Below, in pieces: positions 41,201-53,800 of a stretch of DNA of 64,000 nucleotides. The notes below the pieces were generated by a model that saw only the letters and a program-made list of their open reading frames with translations, was not told the origin of the DNA and did not search any database. Location: NCBI RefSeq assembly GCF_006345805.1, contig NC_043004.1:106454001-106518000 (forward strand). Reading direction: 5' to 3'. Made by a program: the position numbers and the translations under genes. Within the stretch, counting starts at the first letter, position 1; each line of letters begins with the position of its first letter. The stretch comes from Octopus sinensis. Its lineage: Eukaryota.

Positions 41201-42405
41201 GAAATATCTTGAGTCATGTGACCATATTGCAGTTCTTTTAATCTGAACACTAATATGTCTCTCATCACCACCATCATCATTTAACATCCGTTTTCCATGC
41301 TAGCATGGGTTGGACGGTTCAACTGGGGTCTGGGAAGCCAGGAGGCTGCACCAGGCTCCAGTCTGATCTGGCAGTGTTTCTACAGCTGGATGCCCTTCCT
41401 AATGAGTGTGATGGGTGCTTTTTACGTGCCACCGGCACAGGGGCCAGAGGAGGCTGGCAAATGGCCACGATCGGTTGGTACCTTTTACATGTCACCAGCA
41501 TGGATGCCAGTCAAGGCGTTGCTGGCATCGGCATGTTCGGATGGTGCTTTTTATGTGCTACTGGCACGGGTATCACAACTACAATATCCATATGATTTTT
41601 ATTTTGATGTTGATGAACTTGACTCAATAGGTCTCCTCAAGCACTGCAGGTCACCCTACAATCCAAGGTTAGTACAGCAGACCGTCCTGCGAGTCTTGAA
41701 CTCACTTCATTTGTTGGGTCTTTGCAGTCACAGCATATCTCAGAGGTGTCTGTATTCCGTCGTTGCCTCTGTGAGGCCCAACCTGCCACCGGCACGGGTA
41801 TCACAACTACAATATCCATTTGATTTGTATTTTGATGTTGATGAACTTGACTCAATAGGTCTCCTCAAGCACTGCAGGTCACCCTACAATCCAAGGTTAG
41901 TACAGCAGACCGTCCTGCGAGTCTTGAACTCACTTCATTTGTTGGGTCTTTGCAGTCACAGCATATCTCAGAGGTGTCTGTATTCCGTCATTGCCTCTGT
42001 GAGGCCCAACCTGCCACCAGCACGGGTATCACAACTACAAAATCCATTTGATTTTTATTTTAATGTTGATGTACTTGACTCAATAGGTCTCCTCAAGCAC
42101 AGCAGGTCGCCCTACGCCCCTCTCTTAGTCATTAATCCTGTGTTTCTTGTTTCTTTGTCAAAACACTTTATTTCTCTCTTTTTTACATGTGTTTTTCTAT
42201 GCTAACATGAGTTAGACAAACATATTATTGTGGTGTTGTTTTATAGCTGATCCAGTCTTCCTGTTGTTAACTCTTGCTCGTTTTCCAAACAAAGGTGTCT
42301 TTATCTTTTTTTTTTCCTGTTTTCAAAAGTGGTGAGCCAGCAAAACATCTGTTAACAAGGGAAATGACAGTTTGTACTTCAGTAATTTTTTTCTCGGAAA
42401 CAGAT

Positions 42406-42442
<37 letters not shown>

Positions 42443-45400
42443 CACACATGCACACTCACACTCACACATACATGCACACACACACATTTACAATAGGCTT
42501 TGTATAGTTTCCCACTACCAAAGTAACTCACAAGGCATTGCAGTTGAGAACTTTGCTTCTGAACCACATGGTTTTGGGTTCAATCTCACACAAGTGTCTT
42601 CTGCTATAGTCCTTTGGTTTACCATAACTTTGTGAGTGGGTTTGATAAAAAAGAAAACCTGTCGTGTGTGTGTGTGTGTGTGCATGCTTTTATCTCTTTG
42701 TCTTGACATTATGTGATTATTGTAAATGAATGCCATTAATTTCTGATATTCTGCATAAACATGTCTAGCCATGAGAATTATATTATCATGCTTGGAAACA
42801 GGTATGGGTTGGTAACAGGAATGGTCTCTGGCCCTAGAAAATATGCCTCAGTAAACTCCATCTGACCCATACAAGCATGGAACAGTGGCCATTAAAACAC
42901 TGATGATGATGATTATATATAAGATTCCAGTTGGCACCTTCTCAACTTATCAACCCATCAATCAACCAGCTCTGTTATTTCTATAATGCAGTTATGGAAA
43001 TAACAATACTACAACATATCATAACCATATATGTCTTTATTATAACATGTTCACCTAACATTTGCAGTGTATCCCATTTGTACTCCTTAACCCTTTCGTT
43101 ACTGTATTTCTGTTGAGATGTTCTGTGTTTCTTTCAATTACTTTAAATATAACAAAGAATTTAGTAAAATAATTTAGTTATCATTCAGCTAGTTTTAGAA
43201 ACATAAATTGTGACCAAGGTATGGTGGAAGATTTTAATTCAAAACTTACGAAAAAAAGACATTTGTATTCAGAGCAAGTTTCAGCCGAGTTGTTCATGAA
43301 AGGGTTAAATCTGTTGTTCTCTAGTACTCACTCCCTGCTAACATCTAGTCAGCTCCACTACTCTGCCCTTTCCAATTCAGAAATATTCTTTCACAAGAAG
43401 GCGGCAAGCTGGCAGAAACGTTAGCATGCTGGGCGAAATGCTTAGTGGTATTTCATCTACCGTTACATTCTGAGTTCAAATTCTGCCGAGGCCGACTTCA
43501 CCTTTCATCCAGTCAGGATGTACCAGTAATCAACTTAATCCCTTTGTCTATCCTTGTTTGTCCCCTCTATGTTCAGCCCCTTGTGGGCAATAAAGAAATA
43601 TTCTTTCACAAAGTTTCAAAAGAGTCCTTCTCAGATTTACCATTTTAAAAAAGACACATTTTAGTAAAGGCAGTGAACTGGCAGAATTGTTAGCATGCTG
43701 AGCAAAATACTTAGCAGTATTTTGTCTATCTTTGTATTCTGAGTTCAAATACCACTAAGGTTGATTTAGCCATTTATTCTTTTGGGGTTGATAAAATAAG
43801 CACCATTTGAGCCCTGGGATTGATGTAATTGACTTAAACTACTGCTTAAAAATGCTTATGAGTGTAAAAAATTGCATCCTTCTGTCACACCATGTTGAGC
43901 TGGTGTGAAAGAGCAGGCTTATCAAACCAGTGTGATCTCAACCCATTCTCTGGTGGAGAGAACATGCTGAGGCCCTCATCCTGCAGTGGGCTTATGGGCA
44001 ATCTAACCCAATTACATTTTCAAAGTTTTGTCTTCTTTCCAGCCTCATCATCAGATTTGAATGAATTTGATGCTTTACCAAAATGTCGTCAAGAACTCCC
44101 AGATGATTTTCTTACTGGTACGTTACTATGAATTTTCTTTCTTTAAAACATTTTCATTATGATATCATTGCAGTGGATTAGTAGAATCTTTAGAGCATTG
44201 GATAAAATGTCTTGTGGTATTTGTTCTAGTTCTTTACGTTCTCTCTTCAAATCCCTCTGAGATTAAATTTGCCTTTTGTGCCTCCAGTCAAGTACTGGGC
44301 TTAGTTTAATCAAATAACTATCTGAAACCACTGGCCTCATTCTTAAATCAGAAACATTATTATAAAGGCAGTGAGCTAGTAGAATTGTTGGAGCATCAAG
44401 CGAAATGCCTCATTGCATTTGTTGCAGTTCTTTACATTCTGAGTTCAAATCATGCTGTGATAAATGTTGCCTTTCATTTTTGTGGAGTTAATAAAAGAGA
44501 GTGCCAGGCAAGTACCGGAGGTGAAGATATATATTGTCTCACACTTCCCTTCAGAATTGCTGGTCTTGTGCTTAAATCAGAAACCATTATTATTGTTATT
44601 ATTATTGAGTGAGAGAGCAGTGCATGCCATCAAAGTGACACTGGGGTAAAATATACAAAGCCCAGTATACCCATCATGACTACCCGTCTGATAAGGGTAC
44701 ACTAGGCACATGCATCACAACCATATGTGCGTGACATGGTGATCTCATATCAAGATAAACAGCACATGACCTTGGAGATGGGGCCCAATTAGAATTTTCT
44801 TCAGGTCAAGTAGCCCATCCTGCTTAAAATGTCCCCGAATAAGGGTTGCTTAAGGATGTTGAACGAAACACCCAATATTCCAGAGGTAAATTGTTCAAAC
44901 CCCAAAGAATCCCTCTCAACACATGGCTATGATGCTCCCCCACTACTTCTGCTCGTGATCAGAGATGCACATATCGTCAGCCACTAAGGGACATGCTCAA
45001 CTGGTTAAGGTCAAACAACTGACAAGCAAATCTGTGGTATTGAGCAGAATATTTGCTGTAGCCCATCTTTTATACCAAGACAAAACAATGTACATGATAA
45101 CACTTCCAATCAGTTAAGATCAGAAGCCATGAGAGCCACTGTCTGGTACTGCATCAGGGCATTTGTTGTTATTGTTGTTGCTGTTGTTGTTGTTGTTGTT
45201 TGGCTTTTGCTTTGTGTTTGTACAAATTGACTCCAAGTCTCACCCAGAGACCTTAAGAGACAGCAAGTCAGAAGTTCAAGTTGGTGTTGTGACTAGGGTG
45301 CCATATATTTGGTTTTGAACAGGGTATTGTTCTAGAGAATGTCTGTCAAAACATAAGCAGATTAAAAGTTTGTTTTAAAAGTAATTTGATTAGAAGATGA

Positions 45401-45816
45401 TTCTGTGACGTTAAGCTGACAGTAAAAGGTGTTTGCTGTTATGTACATTTAAATGTATTTTAACACTGTTTACAGATTAAAATGTTTGGGGGATTACATA
45501 GACAATATTTTACATAGAATATGAGCAGTTCCCATGAACACTATTATCCTGATATCTTAGCTAGGTAGCAATCAACCCTTTTATTGTTATTATCATCATC
45601 ATTAGGATAGTGAGCTTACAGAGTCATTAGCACACTGGGCAAAATGCTTGGCAGCATTTCGTACATCTTTGTGTTATAAGTTCAAATACTGCCAAAGTCA
45701 ACTTTGCCTTTCATCCTTTCGGGATCAATAAATTAAGTACCAGTAGAACACTGGGGTCAATGTAATTGACTGTCCCCCTCCCTTAAATTTCAGGCCTTAT
45801 GCCTATAGTAGAAAGG

Positions 45817-45861
<45 letters not shown>

Positions 45862-48800
45862 TAAGGTGGTAAGCTATAGAATTGTTAGCACACAGGGTAA
45901 AATGCTTCATGGCATTTCATCCGTCTTTACATTCTGAGTTCAATTTCTACAGAGGTAACTTTACCTTTCATCCTTTCAGGGTCAATAAAATAAATACCAG
46001 TTGAGCACTGGAGCTGTTGTAATTGACTTACTCCCTCCTCCAAAATGGCTAGCCATGTGCCAAAATTTGGAACCATTATTATTATTATATGTCTGATCAG
46101 GAGTTTCAACTGTTACCACATCATCTTGATTTTACCTGTAGTTTACCTAGGACTACATTATTAAAGGTGTCCCTTCATATTTTTCCTAAGACTGTAGATG
46201 TGTCATATGAAAAACATTTAGCTGCTATTTTTCACAGGTCATGCTAATACGCAGAGGTTTCTTCCTAAACCAACCAGATATAGAAACTGAAATTTTAAGT
46301 TGCCAGGTGATTTATAGGTGCAATGAAAATTTAGATATAATTTTATTAGTAAAGCCAGTTGTCACCAATAACAATATCTAGACTTTAAAACTCATAAAGA
46401 TAATATTTTCTACTAATTGTCTTATTATCTGCATATGATATTATATGAGTAATAATAAACAGCTTTTCTAATGGTGGAACTTAAAATAGATAAAGTAATA
46501 ACAGGATGTAAATATTGATTTTAAAATACCTTTGGATGAGAAAAAGCTGAAGGCTGCTCTGTCCAAAGGTTTTTTTAACCTAACATGCTATAATTTATGG
46601 TTTTCTCTATTTTGAGTTCATCATTAATGACAAAGATTTATTTTTAGTTGCTAGAAGTTTCATAATTTTTATCATATAAAGAAAAAATTTTTTTTTTGCT
46701 CTTGAATTATGCTATAGTCATTTAAATTATATTTCAAATGCCTTTAAATTCCTTTTGGAAATATAACGACCTATGAAGTATTATATGAAGTATTATACTT
46801 TGTTTTGATGTTTTCTTTGTTAATTTGTTGTTTATTAAGGTACATTATTTGTGTCTAAATCTGGAAATGCTGTAGAACCTATTATCTGTGCCAAAGGGTG
46901 GCGATCTACTGAAGAACTTCGAGAGAAAGAAGACTGTTTGGCATATGATAGGCTAAGGTTTGTATATTTATATAGACTGCAGGACAAATACTATTGTAAC
47001 TGACCTATAAACAGTGTGTATACATCAAGTATGATACACAGATGGCTATATAATTGTAACTTTTTACAAATCTAGTCTCAAATACACTACATGTTGTAAT
47101 CATTCTAACCAAAAATTCAAAAATAAAATAAAATTTCTTTCACAAAATCCTTCTCATCATAATAGATTTACATAATTCATTTTGGGTTTATAAATATTTT
47201 ATTTTTCTAGCTTCAGTCCTATGTTTTCTTATAGCATTGCATTTAACTAAAATGCTTGTTATTTCTCCTTTACATAAAAGAGCATTTCTCCAACTTTCTC
47301 AAAAATTGGCTTGTGTTGTATCAAAAAATTATTCTGTCTGTTGGTTTTTATAGGAAATGACTCCAGTAAATCCGATTTTCCATGTGTAACTTTTATATGA
47401 CACAAAGAAATTTAATAGGTGCAGGAGTGGCTGTGTGGTAAGTAGCTTGCTTACCAACCACATGGTTCCGGGTTCAGTCCCACTGCATGGCACCTTAAGC
47501 AAGTGTCTTCTACTATAGCCTCGGATGACCAATGCCTTGTGAGTGGATTTGGTAGATGGAAACTGAAAGAAGCCCATCGTATATATGTATATATATACAT
47601 GTGTGTGTGTTTGTGTTTGTCTCCCCAACATCGCTTGACAACTGATGCTGGTGTGTTTACATACCCATAACTTAGTGGTTTATCAAAAGAGACCGATAGA
47701 ATAAGTACTAGGCTTACAAAGAATAAGTCCTGGGGTCGATTTGCTCACCTAAAAGGTGGTACTCCAGCATGGCCGCAGTCAAATGACTGAAACAAGTAAA
47801 AGAGTAATATTTAGTTTTCAAAGATATTATTCAAAAAGTTAAATATAAAATAGATGGAGTTTGATTTTGCTGAGGAATAATGCTTTGCATTTTGACAAGA
47901 ATATTTTTTTATAAATTCATTCCTGTAAGGATACACGGTGGAGAGAGAGATGCACTCACATGCATGTTTTCCTTTTCCGAAAATAAGTTTATTTCTGAAA
48001 AAAATGCTGTGTGTAAAGCTCTGTATAGATTAAAACCTGTTTGCAGAAAATTATAAATGAAAAACAGATGTTAGATGACTGAACAATGTATGTATGTGTG
48101 TGTATGTGTGTGCATGTATTTGCATATGTATGTATATATATGCATGCATGTATGTATGTGTATTTTAAGATCCAAAAAGATCAGAACTTAACTGTAGCTC
48201 TTGGTGGTCCAAATCAGAATATGCAATCTATGTTGGTATCTTTTCAGTATATTGTCTGGTTTAAAAAACCACATCAGACACCATGATGGATCTAAGGTGT
48301 AGGTACAGTAGGTGGTCAGACTTTGCATGAGGAGTAGAAGACAGCCACCATGTATATGTATGTCTGTATTTGTATATATGTAGGTTTGACTGTGCATGTA
48401 CTTGAACTAACATTCACAGGAATATATTGATAAGCTGGTTCTTTTATTATATCCAGAAAAGTTCATAAGGAACATCTGTCAAACTTGGTGCGCCAGTTGC
48501 TCAATCAAGAAGGCTTACCACTCTCCTGGGAAGGCACCATCATGCAAACAGCCCACAAAGTCAGCCAGTTTGTAAGTCCTGATGTACGTAATGAAGGAGA
48601 TGACATGGATATACGGAAATATGTACAAATAAAAAAGGTAGTTATTTTACTTAGCTTATAAATTTCATGATGTTCAGTGTATAGTAACAACTAGTAAGTG
48701 TTCATGTAAAATAACTTACATATAGATGCAGGTGTTGCTTCCTAACCAGTTTTGGCTGTAGTCTTTTACTATAGCTCCTGACTGAGCAAAGCCTTGTGAG

Positions 48801-50766
48801 TGGATCTCATAGATAGAAATATGATGATGATGATATATATGTATATAGAAATGTATGTTCGTATATATGTTTTTCTTCTTATTGGCCAAAGTTACAGAGT
48901 AATTCAAGTGCCAAGGGTTTCAAGTATGAAACTCTCAACCCTTGAGCCCCTCTGTAACTTCTGATTATTAGTAAAAAAATCATATATACTCATGTTTTGA
49001 ATTCTGTTTTTCTTGTTTACATCACCAAAGATATATGTATGTAAATATGCATAATGTGTGTGTGTGTGTGTGTGTATGTGTGTAGTTGTCTCTTTGTCTT
49101 CATATCATGTAGTGGTTGTAAGTGAGTGTGTTTGAATTGGCTACAAGGTTTCTATCATGATGCAAGTTTTAATTATTATTCTGGTCTTGACCATCTTTTG
49201 AAGGTTTTGGGAAAAATTTTTTTCACTTTTTTTATTTTGGGGGTTAAGATGTTGCTCAGACTGCTCTCAGATCAAAAAAGTGTTTGCAATTTACCAATTG
49301 GTTGCTATATATTAGTTTGTAAAAGCACACACACATACATATCCATGCATATGCGTAGTTTTTCTAGTTTCTAATTCCAAATATTATCTTCTTAGATTTC
49401 TGGAGGTCAGAGAAATCAGACTGCTGTCATCCATGGGGTCGTTTGTAGCAAAAATGTTGCTCACAAGAAAATGCAGACAACTGTCTCAAAGCCAAAAATT
49501 CTCTTGTTGAAAGGTGCCATTGATTATCAACGAGTTGAGAACAAATTTTCTTCTCTGGAACCCTTAATACTTCAGGTAATTTTTATAATTTTATTCTCTA
49601 TGAATGTGTCATGTTCATCATCATTATCATCATCTGATTGAGCTTGCTCAGACATTTTAAATTCTAACACACCATCCATCTTGGTTCTGCATTAGTTGAG
49701 GGAAGTCATCAGGCAAGTATCTGGTGTCTCTGATGAGTTGATCTACATGCACTATGTTCACATGACCTGCTCAAGTATGGCCATGCTTTGGCATCCATAG
49801 CAGTAGGTCACTTGCCAGCTCTTGTTTAGCATGCCACCAATGTCCTACAAAGTGCAAGCACCTTTCTGTCATAGTGGTGGTAACAGGCAAATCTCCAAGA
49901 CACGTCTAAGACTGCTCTTACCATTCCGGTGTAAGTTCCATCTAGCTTGGATTCCAGTTTTTTGATAAACATTCAGGCTGTTGCTCCACATAAAATGACT
50001 GACTCTACTGATGTACAGAAAAAAATTCCTCTTAAGGTTATCTGACAGGGTTGATTTCTAGACGTCTGGTTTATTTAGAGTGGACCATGCTTTGGCTGTC
50101 CAATGCAGAACAAATTACACTTTTAAGCACCATGTTAATCCTCATGAAGTTTGGTTTGATTCTTAATGATTATCTTTGTGAGAGATTGAGAGTGAGCTGA
50201 GCGGGTGGCTGAAGTGTGCAGGAGAAACAACCTTGCTAGCATCAACCTGTGATGTGAATGGAAACTGAACACTGGGTGAAAATGTGTTGTGTACTGTAGG
50301 TGGTGGCTACTCATTGAAGTGAAATAAATTGAAGAAGTCAAAGAAGAGTATGAAGAATTCAAACGTCAGGATGGTGGACTATGCAGAAGATTTAATAAAT
50401 GACCAACATGATTGTGACATGCTATGTAATGGGCCTATCCAAACTATTTCTGGTGATTGGATGTTAAAGCATTGATGCTGCCTATGCTGTCTGTGTGTGT
50501 TTGTTCTACTTCCAGCAAGGGTGTCGTAGTTTTAATCCTTTTGATACCAACCTGTCTGAAATGGTGCAAACTTTCTGTTTTACAGTGAACCAGCTTAAAA
50601 TTTCCCTCAAAATTTCATGTTAATCTGTTTCAAGCACCAGCTTAATAATGACAAAATTATTTTATTAAATTCTTCATCATTTTCGGGTCTAATTGAAACA
50701 AAGGCAGTATATTTCAGTAGAAGTATGGTAATAAAAGTGTTAAACCAGATTAAAATTCCCAACTTG

Positions 50767-50807
<41 letters not shown>

Positions 50808-53800
50808 TGCAGATGTGGCTGTGTGGTAAGAAGGTTGTTTCCCAATCACATGGTTCTGGGTTCAGCCCCAATGTGTGGCACCTTGGACTATAGTCTTCTA
50901 CTATAGCCTCAGGCTGATCAAAGCCTTGTGAGTGGATTTGGTAGACAGAAACTGAAAGAAGCCAATCATATATATGCATATATATATGTGTGTCTATGTT
51001 TGTCCCCCATCACTGCTTGACAACCAGTGCTGGTGTGTTTACATCCCCATAACTTAGTGGTTTAGCAAAAGAGAATGATAGAATAAGTACCAGGCTTATA
51101 AAAGGTAAGCACTGGATGGGTGGGGGGGATACATTCAACTAAAAATTCTTCAAGGTGGTGCCCCAGCATGGCTGTAATCTAATGACTGAAAGAAGTAAAA
51201 GATAAAGATATATATGTGCACACACTCACCACCACATTTGAAAGAACATCAAAAATAACAATACCCGTAGTAGTTCAAAATGTTCATTTCTACATCTGTT
51301 GTCATCTGATCATTTAATTATTTGTAAAAGTTATCTTACTGAGGCATCTTTTCGAAAGGTGAGCTTCAAATTTCAATTCCCCTCTCATATACATTTAAAA
51401 AATAGAAATAAATAAAAGAAGAAAGAAAGAAACAAGCAAACAAAAATAATTAGAATATTAGTTCTGGAGGCTGTTTCAGCAAATTTGATCAGTACAGAAT
51501 TCATATTAATACACTTAGAAGAACAAAACAATACCATCAAGCAATAAATTATGAAGCTCTACACTTATTTCATTAAAAAAAGCTATGATACATACATACA
51601 TGCATGCATGCATCCATCCATCCATACATACATACATCCATACATACATATGCACGTCATAGTTTTTGATTTATTACTAACCAAGCTTAACATTGCTTTG
51701 ACTGGACTTTAGTCTCAGGATCATAGTGATGGCCCCATGTTTCATCCTGTGTGATAAGTCTGCTGAAAAAGTCCTCCTCATTTTCTTGGCACATTGCCAA
51801 AAGAGCCTAGGAGCAATTAACTCATTCCTGCTTCTGAAAAGGTGTGAGCATCTTGGGAATCCATCATGCAGACAACTTCCGCGTGTGCAAATGGTCATGA
51901 ATGATTTTTTTCTATGGACCCTACACTTATCTTCATTTCTTGGGCTAGTTGCCAAATAGTTATGTGTCAATCCTCCAAAATGGCAGCTTCCACTTTATGG
52001 ATGGTGTTGTCATCAATAGCAGAATTTGGTTGTCCAGGAATAGGAGCAGTCTCCACCGATGTCCAACCACATTTGAACAAGCAATGCCAGTGTTAGACTA
52101 CGTTGTATGGTGGTGCATTATCACCATAAACTTCTTTCAGCTCATTGAAAATCTCTTTTGGTGTACAAATATAAGAACCTGATCAGTGATCTGCATTTAG
52201 CTGCCTCCATTATGACACCTTAGTACACTTCAGCAGCCATAAAAGACCAACAGAAACTAGTGGAAAGCGGCTATTTACAATGTGATATGTAGAGACATGT
52301 ATAATTTTACCTGTTCAAGTTCTTTTTCCTGCAATAACTAGAAGTGGGTCAGGGAAAATCTTTAATGAACATCCTTTGTATGCTTTAATTGATATTTGAT
52401 AAGAAATGTTTGTATAATTAATACATAGGCACAAACACATTATGATGTACCTTTTTTACATACCAAATTCACTTTTGTAATTATGAATTAAATTACATTT
52501 TATATTTTTAGGAAAGAGAGTTTTTAAAAAATAGTGTTGCGAAAGTGTGTGCTTTGAAACCAGATGTCGTTGTGGTGGAGAAATCAGTATGTCGACTTGC
52601 ACAAGAGTTTCTCTTAGAAGCTGGTATCATTCTAATTTTCAATACCAAAACTGTAAGTACACTTTTAGATTCATGTATTTCAAGAATTTTAGTTGTTGGT
52701 TTCCATTGAAATGATAGTTCTCATGCACTTAAAAACTACTGAAAGACAACTTAAGAACCACACCAAACCAGAGGGTAGAGATAAGGGACCAACTTGGACT
52801 TGTGTCAGCTACATTAACTATGCACTATTTGGATGTTGGTTTTTCTTTTTTGTTTCTATTTTATAGTCATTTTTCCATGCTTGCATGTACAGGCTAGAAC
52901 AGAAATCTCAAAACATTGTCCAGCCTTGGGGTCACATTAATTTTATCTCCTTCAAAGACACAAAGATATCCTCCCTTCACATATCAACAAAACACTTTTG
53001 TACACCACTTACAAATAGTACCACTAAGTTATAGACAACACACAACTAAATCTCTCCAAATTATGACAAATGCTAAGTCTCACAATCACTAATGCTCTCT
53101 CTGAGTGATCTCTCATCCACAATGTAGCAAAACTGCATGTTAAACACTGGTTTTCCTCTTTAGGACCAGAAAATACTTAAGCTCCCAACTGTTGCTAACT
53201 CTCAATGAAGCTCAAGTGAAATCTACAATGGAATACAACTCCTACACCTGGGACAGTGCTGCTGCTACGTACATCAATATCCTAAATGGCATCCAAGAAA
53301 ACACTATCCAGTTCATATGGAGTCACTCGCCAGTATTTTGATCTTTGGCATGCAGGCATCTGGATTTTCTACTGCTATTACTGTGGCCTATTCTTCTCAA
53401 AGATGGCTGGTCATGGGTCACCTCTACCCAAAGCCAATTATCTCATTTATCTCTTGTCCACTCATCACCCAAACTCTGCTTACTCATGTTATCGACCTCA
53501 CCCAAACCACTATACTCAGGTTTTCTTTCTCCTCACAATGTCCTCTCTTGAATTTCCTCTCTACCTATATTTTTCTACCGTCATTGATTTGTAGTTGCTT
53601 AAAAACATCAGTTGCATTTATCTCTCCAATCTCGTATTGTGACAAACCCTTTCTTCAGACCAAATCATTAAAGAAAAATAATACCAGGAGACTAATTTTA
53701 CATTAGGATGCACTCCCTACAACTAACCTGTCCAATTGAAATAGAAAATGAGACCTGTATTTTTATTCTGTCAGATTTAAGTACTTTAACCCTTTCATTA

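Larger units (their letters stand above)
43397..46090 (+). mobile_element. Cluster of about six Nin/Deu-domain SINE copies (starts ~43397, 43667, 44170, 44365, 45603, 45862)
   Basis: Repeated AAGGC.G.GAGCTGGCAGAA..GTTAGCA...GAGTTCAAAT head; first copy has an 18-bp TSD AGAAATATTCTTTCACAA (43379-43396, 43594-43611). Confidence 0.85.

Noticed and set aside
45105-45161. Faint U2 snRNA resemblance (ATCAGTTAAGATCAGA, CTGGTACTGCA)
   Set aside because: Short scattered matches; no branch-point recognition sequence or Sm site.
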